Position numbers and translations under genes: made by a program
Notes under the pieces: generated by a model
The model's input: only the letters and a program-made list of their open reading frames with translations
What the model was told of the DNA's origin: nothing
Database searches by the model: none
Virus record (IMG/VR): IMGVR_UViG_3300045988_117355
DNA from: a virus
DNA: 64,000 nucleotides
Reading direction: 5' to 3' (one strand)
Shown: positions 54,029 through 63,993 of the stretch, piece by piece
How positions within the stretch are numbered: the stretch's first letter is position 1
Layout of the letters: each line of letters opens with the position of its first letter

Positions 54029-54624
54029 AAATAGGATTATTATTTGGATCATTTGATCCATTTCATATTGGGCACTTATCAATGATTACCTCGGCATTAA
54101 ACTCTAAACAAGTTGAAGCCGTAAGGGTTGTAGTTGCATATCAAAATCCATGGAAGGAAAAATGTTTGGCAAGATTTACTGATAGATTTGATCTTACTTT
54201 AGAAGGCTGCAAGGGATTATTTAAACACGTAACAGTAACTTCTATTGAGGGAGTGCTTGCAAATATTTTACATAGACCTCCATATACTTTTGAAGTACTA
54301 GAACATATCAAGTCTTCTAATCCAGAAGATGAGTTTTGTATAATAACATCAGATGAGACATTTTCTGAAATAGAAAATTGGAAGGAAGGTAAAAAGATAT
54401 TAAAAGAAAATGATTTTCTTATAGTCCATAGAGAGGGATTCGCACAGAATTTCTATAAACCTATAGAATGTAAATCTTATACCTTTATTAAATCTGAATT
54501 TAATCTTGAAGTATCTTCAACTAAGATTAGGAATATGCTATTTAGAAAGATTAACCCAGTTCCTTTCATCTCAGCTGATCAGTATTATTATATTCAATGG
54601 AATTATTTATATGAAAAACTTTAG
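54025..54624 (+). CDS. nadD: nicotinate/nicotinamide mononucleotide adenylyltransferase (NadD-like)
   Basis: 199 aa; N-terminal LLFGSFDPFHIGHL matches NadD (H/T)xGH motif. Confidence 0.7.
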   Translation: MKIGLLFGSFDPFHIGHLSMITSALNSKQVEAVRVVVAYQNPWKEKCLARFTDRFDLTLEGCKGLFKHVTVTSIEGVLANILHRPPYTFEVLEHIKSSNPEDEFCIITSDETFSEIENWKEGKKILKENDFLIVHREGFAQNFYKPIECKSYTFIKSEFNLEVSSTKIRNMLFRKINPVPFISADQYYYIQWNYLYEKL

Positions 54625-55108
54625 TGTAGAAGTAGAAGGAAAGACCTATTGGATTTCTAGATCTATTGCAGTAGCTGGATTTATATTCTCCAAACTTGAA
54701 AATAATTGGTATATACTAGCTAATAAAAGAGGAGAGGGTGCTCCTGATTATGTAGGATGCTGGAATTGTCCTTGTGGATATTTAGACTATGACGAGACTT
54801 TATCAGAGGCTTGCTCAAGAGAAATCTTTGAAGAAACAGGAGTGTCTATAAGAGAAGATGAATTAAACTTTGAAGAGATTAATGACTCTTTGGAAAATAG
54901 ACAAAATGTTACAATTAGATTTACTAAATTTGATGATACAGGTAAACTGATTAATCAGGGACTAACATCTAGATATTCAGAAGATCAGGAAGTAGATGAT
55001 ATTAAATGGATCAGGGTTAAAAGTATTGATAACTATGATTGGGCATTTAATCATAAAGAGATTATTAAGGATTTAGCAAAATTTTATTTAAATTTTAAAT
55101 ATGAATAG
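54611..55108 (+). CDS. Nudix hydrolase (ADP-ribose pyrophosphatase-like)
   Basis: Nudix box GEGAPDYVGCWNCPCGYLDYDETLSEACSREIFEETGV; start moved to in-frame ATG 54611 (track ORF starts 54506 inside nadD). Confidence 0.65.
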   Translation: MKNFSVEVEGKTYWISRSIAVAGFIFSKLENNWYILANKRGEGAPDYVGCWNCPCGYLDYDETLSEACSREIFEETGVSIREDELNFEEINDSLENRQNVTIRFTKFDDTGKLINQGLTSRYSEDQEVDDIKWIRVKSIDNYDWAFNHKEIIKDLAKFYLNFKYE

Positions 55109-55679
55109 AAGAGAGCAGACTATAAGCAATGAAGTAGCACAGTTAATGATAGATCAAATTAGTAGAGAGTTATATAATCATAATGTTTATAGAACTTATG
55201 CTAATTTTTATTATCAAAGAGGATTGTGTAAATTATTTGATTATTATCAATTAAGAGCTTTTGAGGAATATAATCATCATAGTTGGTTGTTTGATAGATT
55301 AACCCAATGTGGTGTAGAATTTGAATATCCAAAAGTGGATGCAATTAAATCTGAACATGTTATTACTAAATTAGAAGAATCTTTTCCTAATACAGTAAGT
55401 TTAGAGATTGAGACTACTGGATGGATTAATGGTATTGTTAAGCAATGTATTAAAGAAGGAGATTACACTACTGAGCAGTGGTTGAAAGAAGTAATGTTGG
55501 GAGAACAACATGAAGAGGAGAATATCTCTAGACATATACAAGCCATTACTGAAGATGATACTGATTGGTTAACCAAACAAGACACTATTCTTAGTTATTA
55601 TAATAATAGAGAGTATGCCACTGATACTCAAAGAGATATTATAAATACTGAGAAGGTTGATGATGAAGATGATGATTAA
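55101..55679 (+). CDS. ferritin-like diiron-carboxylate protein
   Basis: 192 aa; ExxH-type motifs FEEYNHHSW and GEQHEEEN; tentative. Confidence 0.4.
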   Translation: MNRREQTISNEVAQLMIDQISRELYNHNVYRTYANFYYQRGLCKLFDYYQLRAFEEYNHHSWLFDRLTQCGVEFEYPKVDAIKSEHVITKLEESFPNTVSLEIETTGWINGIVKQCIKEGDYTTEQWLKEVMLGEQHEEENISRHIQAITEDDTDWLTKQDTILSYYNNREYATDTQRDIINTEKVDDEDDD

Positions 55680-55692
55680 TAAAATTTAATTT

Positions 55693-56049
55693 ATGAAGAA
55701 ATTTAAATTAAAAAAGAGAAAGTTTAAACCTAACAAAGTATATAGTCCAGAAAAACTTCTTAAATGTATTATAGATTCTGAGCTTAGACCGTATGGGAAG
55801 GTATTGGAGGACATCAATACAGAAGAAAATGGAATTATTAATGGTCTCAAATGGTTTGAATATTATACCTTTAAAACTCCTTCTCAGGAAAGAGTTTGGT
55901 ATGAGTATTGTAACAAACTAATTAGAAAGCATTGGTTGCCTTGGTATATATCTAAAAAAGAGGCAGATAAGCACCTATCTATGGTTAGATTAAACTATGG
56001 ACTTAAATCTGAATACATTATTTCAAAGTTAGAAAAGAATGAGAATTAG
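55693..56049 (+). CDS. hypothetical basic protein
   Basis: 118 aa. Confidence 0.4.
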   Translation: MKKFKLKKRKFKPNKVYSPEKLLKCIIDSELRPYGKVLEDINTEENGIINGLKWFEYYTFKTPSQERVWYEYCNKLIRKHWLPWYISKKEADKHLSMVRLNYGLKSEYIISKLEKNEN

Positions 56050-56869
56050 AATTATTCCAGATCTTCATGGATCCGATTGGTGGAAAGAAGAAATTAAGGA
56101 TATTGATGAATTGGATCATTGCATTTTCTTAGGTGATTATGTTGATGATTGGGATGCCGAGAATGAAGTAATATTCAAAAACTTAGAAGAAATAATAAGT
56201 TTCAAGAAAAAACATATGGACAAGGTTACTCTTCTATATGGTAATCATGAATTTAATTACATTTATCCATATACTGGATATTGTAGTGGTTTCAGACCTA
56301 CTATGAGAAATTCTCTAGGCATTCTTCTCTTTGAAAATAAAAACTTATTCCAAATTTGTAAGTTAATAAATATTTCATTACCTTTGTATCCTTTCCCTCA
56401 ACAGAAATTGTTATTTTCTCATGCTGGATTTTCTAAGAATTGGATAAAGGATAATTACTATTGGATAAATGAAGAACATTGGAAGACAATTAGTGAAGAG
56501 GATTGGAAGAAGTTTAAAGACTTTCAGTTAGATAATTTAGAAGAAGTAATTAATGATTCATTCGATTCTTATACTATGTTAGATAAAGTTATGTCTATTA
56601 GTAGATTAAGAGGGGGTTGTTCACCAGAAGGTGGCCCATTGTGGGCAGATCAAAGAGAAACTTTCAACAGGTATCTTTTAGGTTATAGACAATTTGTTGG
56701 GCATACTCCTTCAATGAAAGTTACTACTGGATCTTATCCTGATAGATCTCCTGAAAATTCTTCAATTACATTTTGTGATTGTGGAAGCAAAAGAGTAGAT
56801 ATAACTTTAGATGTAACTGATTCTAATATAGTTTTAATAGTTAATGATGAAAGTACAATATTATGTTAA
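56039..56869 (+). CDS. Ser/Thr protein phosphatase-like metallophosphoesterase
   Basis: 276 aa; GDYVDDWD ... GNHE motifs (calcineurin-like). Confidence 0.6.
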   Translation: MRIRIIPDLHGSDWWKEEIKDIDELDHCIFLGDYVDDWDAENEVIFKNLEEIISFKKKHMDKVTLLYGNHEFNYIYPYTGYCSGFRPTMRNSLGILLFENKNLFQICKLINISLPLYPFPQQKLLFSHAGFSKNWIKDNYYWINEEHWKTISEEDWKKFKDFQLDNLEEVINDSFDSYTMLDKVMSISRLRGGCSPEGGPLWADQRETFNRYLLGYRQFVGHTPSMKVTTGSYPDRSPENSSITFCDCGSKRVDITLDVTDSNIVLIVNDESTILC

Positions 56870-57525
56870 TAGGTATTAGCGGTAAGATCAAATCTGGCAA
56901 AGATACTATAGGCGATATAATTGTAAATGATTTTTGGGAAAATGGTTGTGGAGGAAAATTTCATGCTCTTTATAGACGTTCTTTTGCTGATAAATTAAAA
57001 GCAATAGTTGCGGCAATAGTTGGGTGTCATAAAGAAGATTTAGATTCTCAAGAATTTAAATCTAAAACAATTCCTGATTTTACTAAGATCTCTCAAAATG
57101 GGATAATTACTCATGTAGTTCCTAGTAACAAAATCTTTTATAATGATATTTTTAAAGAGTATAGTGTAGTTACCTATAGAGAAGCCTTACAATTCTTTGG
57201 AACCAAATTCAGAAATGAGTATGGAGAGGATTTTTGGGTAAACTTATTACTCAATTCCTTACCTTCTACATCAAAAGAAGAAATAATACTAATTACTGAT
57301 GTGAGGTATTTAAATGAAGCAGAAGCTATTAAATCCAGAGGAGGAATTTTAATAAGAGTTAATAGACCTCATAATGAATCTCCTAAGGATATTTCTAATC
57401 ATCCTTCTGAAACAGATCTTGATAATTATAACAATTTTGATTATATCATCGAGAATGATGGATCTCTAGAAGATTTAGAGGGAAAAGTTAAATTAATCTA
57501 TTCACATTTAAAAACTAAGCATTAA
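56863..57525 (+). CDS. deoxynucleoside monophosphate kinase (T4 gp1-like)
   Basis: N-terminus MLIGISGKIKSGKDTIGD matches T4 gp1 MKLIFLSGVKRSGKDTTAD P-loop. Confidence 0.55.
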   Translation: MLIGISGKIKSGKDTIGDIIVNDFWENGCGGKFHALYRRSFADKLKAIVAAIVGCHKEDLDSQEFKSKTIPDFTKISQNGIITHVVPSNKIFYNDIFKEYSVVTYREALQFFGTKFRNEYGEDFWVNLLLNSLPSTSKEEIILITDVRYLNEAEAIKSRGGILIRVNRPHNESPKDISNHPSETDLDNYNNFDYIIENDGSLEDLEGKVKLIYSHLKTKH

Positions 57526-57526
57526 A

Positions 57527-57724
57527 TTGTTAATTGGAGAACTTTTATTAGAAATCAATTACCTTAAAGAAAAAGAGGGTTTTACAGATAAAGATAAAAT
57601 AAAGATTACAAATTTTAAAGAAGATTTTGATATTCAGTGTGTTACTACTCAATCAGAAGAGGGCCTCAAAAATGGAGAACCTAACTGTATTTTCTTAACT
57701 TTTAATCAAGAAAATGGGGACTAG
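57527..57724 (+). CDS. hypothetical small protein
   Basis: 65 aa. Confidence 0.3.
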   Translation: MLIGELLLEINYLKEKEGFTDKDKIKITNFKEDFDIQCVTTQSEEGLKNGEPNCIFLTFNQENGD

Positions 57725-57908
57725 GGAATATTTAAAAGCTAGGAATTTATTAGATATTCTAATGAATCTTACTGATGAAGAAGGAGAAAGTGAAATAATT
57801 CTAATAGATAATAGATCTAAAAAATATTTTCTTATAAATGGAGTAGAACTATCAAGGGATTTAATAACTGATGATAAAACTCTTATAATAAACATTTCAG
57901 AAGAGTGA
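57714..57908 (+). CDS. hypothetical small protein
   Basis: 64 aa. Confidence 0.3.
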   Translation: MGTREYLKARNLLDILMNLTDEEGESEIILIDNRSKKYFLINGVELSRDLITDDKTLIINISEE

Positions 57909-58510
57909 TATTAAAATTTAAGAAAGAGGAAAATCGGAAGATTTATTTTACTTCAGATTTGCACTTTTGTCATAAGAATATATTATCCTATGATAATAGA
58001 CCTTATGATACTATTGAGGAGATGAACAGGGATATAGTAGAAACTTGGAATAATATAGTTTCCGAGAATGATATTATATTCCTGTTAGGGGATATTACCT
58101 TGTATGAAAAAAGTAACACAGTATTGAGTTTATTAAAAGAATTAAAAGGTGATATTTATTTTATACAAGGTAATCATGATACAGATAAAGCAGTGAACTT
58201 TTATGTGGAGAATAAGGTATTTAAAAAAGTTTGTTCTCCTCTGCAAGTCATTGAATATAGTTTAGATAATACTGATGAAGGAAAGTTTACCTTTCAACTT
58301 TGTCATTATCCTATGTTAGATTGGTGGAAGAAACAAAAAGGTGGATTTCAGATATTTGGCCATACTCATGGTAATTTAAAAGATCATGATGTTGCCCAAA
58401 TTGAAATCAGTTGGCCTGTTTGGTATCGTCCTATGGAGATTGATGAGATATTAGTTTATTTAACAAAGCAACAACAATCATTGAAAACACATTATCATTT
58501 TAATGATTGA
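57905..58510 (+). CDS. metallophosphoesterase (calcineurin-like)
   Basis: 201 aa; SDLHFCHKN, LGDI, GNHD, GHTH motifs. Confidence 0.55.
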   Translation: MILKFKKEENRKIYFTSDLHFCHKNILSYDNRPYDTIEEMNRDIVETWNNIVSENDIIFLLGDITLYEKSNTVLSLLKELKGDIYFIQGNHDTDKAVNFYVENKVFKKVCSPLQVIEYSLDNTDEGKFTFQLCHYPMLDWWKKQKGGFQIFGHTHGNLKDHDVAQIEISWPVWYRPMEIDEILVYLTKQQQSLKTHYHFND

Positions 58511-58871
58511 TGATGAAGTACTTAAGTCTACTCCTCTCCCTTGTACAAGTAGAGTACAATTATTAGAAAAAGAGGATGGATATTATACTACTTATGTTTT
58601 TGTTGATCTTGATACTGGGGAATATCTTATGGTAACTAAATACCCAAATTGGATACAGTCAGAAATTAATATAGGGGATACTGGGTATCTAACCTATTAT
58701 CTTATTTTAGCTGGAATAACTAAGTGGTATTGTAAAGTAGGAGAAAACGATGAAGAAAGATTTGTTCCATATAATTATACCCATATTGCTTTTGTTAAAT
58801 TTATAAAGGATAGTAGTGAAATCATTAAAAGGGAGACAGATAATGATTTTAAGATTAAAGTTATTGTTTAA
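58503..58871 (+). CDS. hypothetical protein
   Basis: 122 aa. Confidence 0.4.
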   Translation: MIDDEVLKSTPLPCTSRVQLLEKEDGYYTTYVFVDLDTGEYLMVTKYPNWIQSEINIGDTGYLTYYLILAGITKWYCKVGENDEERFVPYNYTHIAFVKFIKDSSEIIKRETDNDFKIKVIV

Positions 58872-58882
58872 ATTATTTAATT

Positions 58883-59755
58883 ATGGCAGCAGTTATAGGA
58901 GATAAACTAAAAGAAGCGTTGAGAGAAAAAGAAAATGATGTGAATACATTTGTATGGAGGTATCCTAAGGATAGAGATAATGGAAATGCTCAGGATGAGG
59001 TCAAATTAATGGATTGTTCTCAAGAACAATTACAGGAATTTTATGATCATTGTGAGAGTATGTTAAGGAATAATGATAAGTTAAGTCCTGGACGATATAA
59101 TGTCTTAGCATTGATTAAATCCCAAAAGGATAAAATTGGGGCAGAACTATTGTTAAGAGAAATGCAACAGGCTAATAAGAATTTTACTAGATATGCTCTT
59201 AATGAAGCCATAATTGAATTTATTGATAAGAATAAAGAGAATGGGGTAGAAATTAATCCAGAGGTGTCTACATTTGGACAATATTATGAATATGATATTT
59301 CTACTAAATATAATAAGATTAATCTTCAATTGATTTTAGACGCTTGTAATGACAGATTAGGAGTTTTTGATAATTCTCATTTAACTAAATCTTTCTTGTT
59401 AAAAAGAGGAGTTTGGTTTGATAGAGATGATGTTCAAAAGTTAAAAACATTTGCTTTAAAGAATGGAATTAACTCTAAAACTCCTAGATTGGAAGTTGCA
59501 AGACAATATTTAAAATTGAAGGATTATCAAGTTCTTAAACAAAATTCTAGAGGATTAACAGTAGAAGAGTTAAGATTAATGTTAATCCTACGGCCATCTA
59601 AAATCAAAGATTTAACTACTGAGCAATTAGAAATCTTGAGATATAAATTATTGCTTGATCTTGAAAGAAATGTCAGAGATCACATTGAAAGATGGGAAAC
59701 TTTAGAATCTCAGATTAAGAAAGTTGCTAAAGTAAAAAAGTTTACTATTCAGTAA
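58883..59755 (+). CDS. hypothetical protein
   Basis: 290 aa. Confidence 0.45.
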   Translation: MAAVIGDKLKEALREKENDVNTFVWRYPKDRDNGNAQDEVKLMDCSQEQLQEFYDHCESMLRNNDKLSPGRYNVLALIKSQKDKIGAELLLREMQQANKNFTRYALNEAIIEFIDKNKENGVEINPEVSTFGQYYEYDISTKYNKINLQLILDACNDRLGVFDNSHLTKSFLLKRGVWFDRDDVQKLKTFALKNGINSKTPRLEVARQYLKLKDYQVLKQNSRGLTVEELRLMLILRPSKIKDLTTEQLEILRYKLLLDLERNVRDHIERWETLESQIKKVAKVKKFTIQ

Positions 59756-59760
59756 TATAA

Positions 59761-61932
59761 ATGAGATATTTTGTAAGTAATCAGAATTCTTTATTTAATT
59801 CAGATAATTACAAAGTTATTTCAGTAGAAGAATCCTTAAAGATCCTAGAACCAATGAGAATAGTTGGTCTAGATACTGAGACTGAAGGATTCGATGTTTA
59901 TACAAAAAAACTTTTATCAGTTCAGATAGGTGATTATGAAAATCAAGTTATGATTGATTGTACTACAGTTGATATTAGGCTGTATAAAGATTATCTTGAA
60001 TCTGATAGAATTTTTATTTTATGGAATGCAAAATTTGACTTAAAGTTTTTCTATCATCAAAGAATATTGATTAATAATGTATTTGATGGTTATTTAGCTG
60101 AAAAGTTACTTTGGTTAGGTTATCCTCCTGGTATGCATGGCATGGGTCTTAAAGATGCCGCCATGAATTATTTAAATGTTGTAATGGATAAGACTGTCAG
60201 AGGTAAGATTATAAATGTAGGTCTTACTGATGAAGTAGTAGTTTATGGTTGTAATGATGTTAAATATCTCCCTGATATTAGAAAGTTACAATTAATTAAA
60301 CTAGAGAAAGCTGATCTATTAGAAGCAATTAGATTTGAAAATGAATTTGTTAAAGTTTTAGCTTACATTGAATATTGTGGGGTTAAATTAGACGTGGATA
60401 AGTGGAAAGCTAAAATGGCTAAAGACAAAGAGAGATTACTTAAAGCTGAAAAAGAGCTTAATGATTGGGTTGCAGAGTATTATGTAAAGAATAAGGGATC
60501 TAAAGAGTATTGGGTTAAGAAGTATTTAAAGATTCAAGATAGGATGAAGGAATACGAAGAAGTTTCCACAATTCCTAATGAAGCTTCAAATGTAGATAGA
60601 ATTGTGAATAACGGGGAAGTTTATTATATATATGAAGTTCCTTATAAATTTGTTTCTATCAATCTTCAAGGAGACCTCTTCTCAGGATTTGATACTACTC
60701 CTAAATGCAACATTAACTGGAATTCAGCTAAACAAGTAATTCCTCTATTCGAACTACTAGGATTTAATCTAAAAACCTTTGATAAAGAAACAGGTAAGTC
60801 TAAGAAATCTATTGATGCCAAAATCATAGAACCTCAAAAGTCAATTTCTCCTATAGCTCAAGTGTATCTAAACTATAGAGCTAATCAAAAAGTGGTTAGT
60901 ACTTATGGAGAAAACTTTTTGAAACAAATCAACCCAATAACTGGAAGAATCCATACTCAATTTAATCAATTAATGGATACTGCCAGATTATCATGTGGTG
61001 GTAAGAACAGACAAACTGGAGAAGAGTATTTAAATCTACAGAATCTTCCTAGTGATGAAGAAACCAGAGCATGTTTTATTGCAGAACCTGGAAATTTGTG
61101 GATTTCTGCAGATTATAAGTCTCAAGAGTCTGTAATTATTGCTAATGTTTCTCAAGATCCGGCAATGATTGATATATTTTTAAATGGTGATGGAGATATT
61201 CATTCTTTGGCTGCTAAAATGGCTTTTCCTAAAGAACTAGAAGGAATTGAAGTGAAAGATATAAAGGCTAAAGCTCATGATTTTAGAGCCAAAGGTAAAC
61301 GTGTTGAATTTGGTGTAAATTACGGAGGAGATGGAAATACTATAGCCCAAAATTTAGGTCTTACTAAGAAAGAGGGAGAAAGAATTTATGAGGATTACAT
61401 GAAGGGTTTTCCAGGCTTAAAATTATATCAAGATTTTTGTAGAAAGGATGTAATGGAGAAAGGTTATATATTATTGAATCCAGTTACTAGGCATAAAGCA
61501 TATATTTATGACTATGCTGAATTAATAAAAACTGCTTCTACATTCACACAAGAATTTTGGCAACAATATAGGGAATTGAAAGCAATGGGGGATACTGATA
61601 ATAGCACAGTATATAGTGTTAAGAAGTATTTTAAAAGAAAGGCAGCTTCTGAGAAGCAGTCTATTAATTATAGAATACAAGGTACTGGTGCTATGTGTTT
61701 TAAATTATTCTCTATTAAACTATTTAATTCTCTAAAGAAAGCAAATCTCCTATTTACTGTTAAATATTGTATTCCAGTTCATGATGAGGCAAATCTAGAG
61801 GCTCCAGCAGAAATTGCAGATAAGATAGCTAAATTATTAGTTACCTGTATGAAGAAAGCCGGAGATGTATTTTGTACTACTGTGAAGCTAGATGCGGATG
61901 TAGTAGTTTCCGATCATTGGATACATGAATAA
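59761..61932 (+). CDS. family A DNA polymerase with 3'-5' exonuclease domain
   Basis: 723 aa; exo motif GLDTETEG; pol motif A DYKSQESVI, motif B RAKGKRVEFGVNYGG, motif C PVHDE. Confidence 0.85.
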   Translation: MRYFVSNQNSLFNSDNYKVISVEESLKILEPMRIVGLDTETEGFDVYTKKLLSVQIGDYENQVMIDCTTVDIRLYKDYLESDRIFILWNAKFDLKFFYHQRILINNVFDGYLAEKLLWLGYPPGMHGMGLKDAAMNYLNVVMDKTVRGKIINVGLTDEVVVYGCNDVKYLPDIRKLQLIKLEKADLLEAIRFENEFVKVLAYIEYCGVKLDVDKWKAKMAKDKERLLKAEKELNDWVAEYYVKNKGSKEYWVKKYLKIQDRMKEYEEVSTIPNEASNVDRIVNNGEVYYIYEVPYKFVSINLQGDLFSGFDTTPKCNINWNSAKQVIPLFELLGFNLKTFDKETGKSKKSIDAKIIEPQKSISPIAQVYLNYRANQKVVSTYGENFLKQINPITGRIHTQFNQLMDTARLSCGGKNRQTGEEYLNLQNLPSDEETRACFIAEPGNLWISADYKSQESVIIANVSQDPAMIDIFLNGDGDIHSLAAKMAFPKELEGIEVKDIKAKAHDFRAKGKRVEFGVNYGGDGNTIAQNLGLTKKEGERIYEDYMKGFPGLKLYQDFCRKDVMEKGYILLNPVTRHKAYIYDYAELIKTASTFTQEFWQQYRELKAMGDTDNSTVYSVKKYFKRKAASEKQSINYRIQGTGAMCFKLFSIKLFNSLKKANLLFTVKYCIPVHDEANLEAPAEIADKIAKLLVTCMKKAGDVFCTTVKLDADVVVSDHWIHE

Positions 61933-61939
61933 ATAACTT

Positions 61940-62173
61940 ATGAAGGATTTAGATAAACAAATAGAAGCAAAAGATAAAGTCTATAAAGTAATATTATCCT
62001 GTGAAAACAGGAAACAGCTTGAAGAGGCTCAAAATTGGATTGATGGTTTATGTAAAATATATGAAAGATCCAAGAATGAGTCAATTAAAGAAAGTTCTTT
62101 AAATGTATTAAAAGGATGTTCAGACTTAGTTTACCATAGACTAAGAGAGTTTGATAAAAAAGAAGGTTCTTAA
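61940..62173 (+). CDS. hypothetical small protein
   Basis: 77 aa. Confidence 0.35.
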   Translation: MKDLDKQIEAKDKVYKVILSCENRKQLEEAQNWIDGLCKIYERSKNESIKESSLNVLKGCSDLVYHRLREFDKKEGS

Positions 62174-63392
62174 TATGGAAAAGTCTGAGAAAATACTAGA
62201 AGTAATTGATAAATGGAAAGCTAATAAAGGAAGAGGTTTAGTAGAGTGGCCTACACGTATGGGAAAAAGTCTATTAGCTTTAGAAGTTATTAGAAGATTC
62301 TTAAATGCTAATCCAAGTAAGAATGTTATAATAGCGGTTCCTACTCAAGCTTTACAATATCAATGGTTCAATCTATTATTAGATAAGGGGTTTTATGGTA
62401 AATGTAAAGCTTATACATATGATTATGTAATTAAAAATATAAAATCATGTGATTTATTGATAGTAGATGAGATTCATAAATCTGTATCTGAAGTAAATAT
62501 TAAATTATATTCAATACAATTTAAATTATTACTAGGATTAACTGCAACCTTAGAGAGATCAGATAATAGGCATCTAAAATTATCTGTTATTTGTCCTGTT
62601 ATAGATAAAGTATCTAAAGAAGAGGCAATTAAGAATGGATGGATTAATGAGTATAAAGAATATAAATTAATCATTGATGTTGAGGATATAGATAAATATA
62701 AGGAGCATGATGAGAAATTTCAAAAGTACTTTAATTTCTTTAATCAAGATTTCAATTTGGCTATGTCATGTGTTAAAAGTAAGGATGTAAGAAGAACTAT
62801 TACTGATTTCAAAAAATGTAATCCAAAGATAACAGATGCTTGTACATTTGGATTTAACAGAGAATTGAAAGCAAGAATAGAGTTCATACAGTCCCATCCA
62901 AAAAAGACCCAATTAGCTAAGAAAATTTTGGAGAAAAGGAAGACATCGAAAACTATAATATTCTCTCCCACAATTGAAATTTCACGTAAATTTCAGGGTT
63001 TTTATTATAACTCTAATATGAGTAATAAGGAAAAAATTAGAGAATTGTCAGATTTTCAAAATTGTGTTTCTGGAGTTTTATCAGCTGTGAATGGGATTAC
63101 CTTAGGAATGGAGTTGAATGGATGTAATCTAGCATTGATGTTATGTAATAATTCATCTTTTGATGTAAAAGAGCAGAAGATTGGAAGATTGTTATCTAAG
63201 AGAAAGGATGGAATTATTCCAGAAGCTTTTACTTTTGTATTGAAGAATACTGTTGAAGAAGAATGGTTTAGAAGAAGTACAAAAGAGAATGATTATATAA
63301 CTATTACAGAAAAGATGTTAGATAGATTGTTAGACGGTGAGGAAATTCTTGAAGAAAGAATTGAAGGACCTATAATGTTAAATAATTATTGA
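62151..63392 (+). CDS. superfamily-2 DNA/RNA helicase
   Basis: 413 aa; Walker A PTRMGKSL, motif II LIVDEIH, motif III-like TAT. Confidence 0.6.
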   Translation: MIKKKVLNMEKSEKILEVIDKWKANKGRGLVEWPTRMGKSLLALEVIRRFLNANPSKNVIIAVPTQALQYQWFNLLLDKGFYGKCKAYTYDYVIKNIKSCDLLIVDEIHKSVSEVNIKLYSIQFKLLLGLTATLERSDNRHLKLSVICPVIDKVSKEEAIKNGWINEYKEYKLIIDVEDIDKYKEHDEKFQKYFNFFNQDFNLAMSCVKSKDVRRTITDFKKCNPKITDACTFGFNRELKARIEFIQSHPKKTQLAKKILEKRKTSKTIIFSPTIEISRKFQGFYYNSNMSNKEKIRELSDFQNCVSGVLSAVNGITLGMELNGCNLALMLCNNSSFDVKEQKIGRLLSKRKDGIIPEAFTFVLKNTVEEEWFRRSTKENDYITITEKMLDRLLDGEEILEERIEGPIMLNNY

Positions 63393-63793
63393 TTATGGAT
63401 AATACTAAGGAATATATTCTATGTGCAGCTGTAAGAAGAAAATCCAAAAGATTCTCTACTAATGGAAGTCCTTATTGGGAAGGTACTAATGACATCTGTG
63501 ATATAGAAATTGGATATAGGCACCATGATATTTATCAAAGATTTAAAGAGGAAATATCTATGAAACCTAAAGACCAAGGATTTTATACATCTAAAGGAAG
63601 ATTTGTAGATAGATATGAAGGGATGAAAATAGCCTATGAAGCTGGTCAATATACTAAAAGAGTATTTAAAAAAGATGCTCCAGATATTGAGATTCACTGT
63701 ATAAATGTTTTACTAGATAATGATGGCTATTCAGATTCAGAAATTAAATTTAAAGACATCTATTTGCCATTATTTTCCGAAGATTTATATTAA
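63389..63793 (+). CDS. hypothetical protein
   Basis: 134 aa. Confidence 0.4.
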   Translation: MIMDNTKEYILCAAVRRKSKRFSTNGSPYWEGTNDICDIEIGYRHHDIYQRFKEEISMKPKDQGFYTSKGRFVDRYEGMKIAYEAGQYTKRVFKKDAPDIEIHCINVLLDNDGYSDSEIKFKDIYLPLFSEDLY

Positions 63794-63795
63794 GT

Positions 63796-63993
63796 ATGGA
63801 AGAACTTTCAAATAAACTAGACCTAATTATCAAGAACCAAGAGGAAATTAAAACTATGCAGGTTATAGGACTAAGAGCTCTTAACTATTTAGTTAATCAT
63901 GAGAAGAGTCCTGATGAGTTTATACAAAACCTAGTAGCTAATGTACTTGGTGATGAGATAGAATGGAATAGAAGAGGTAAATTTCAAAAATAA
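63796..63993 (+). CDS. hypothetical small protein
   Basis: 65 aa. Confidence 0.35.
   Translation: MEELSNKLDLIIKNQEEIKTMQVIGLRALNYLVNHEKSPDEFIQNLVANVLGDEIEWNRRGKFQK

Noticed and set aside
1695-63697. Numerous shadow ORFs nested antisense or out of frame within larger genes (e.g. 1695-1880, 1989-2189, 2895-3095, 4850-5044, 15361-15603, 19851-20114, 20808-21104, 25107-25505, 25157-25396, 29460-29825, 29552-29740, 36964-37248, 39180-39365, 41195-41500, 41776-42036, 43600-43845, 46188-46394, 50179-50361, 51301-51552, 57695-57895, 62474-62674, 62744-62971, 63419-63697)
   Set aside because: They fully overlap well-supported genes on the opposite strand or in another frame, with typical AT-rich antisense composition (F/L/I/S/K runs).
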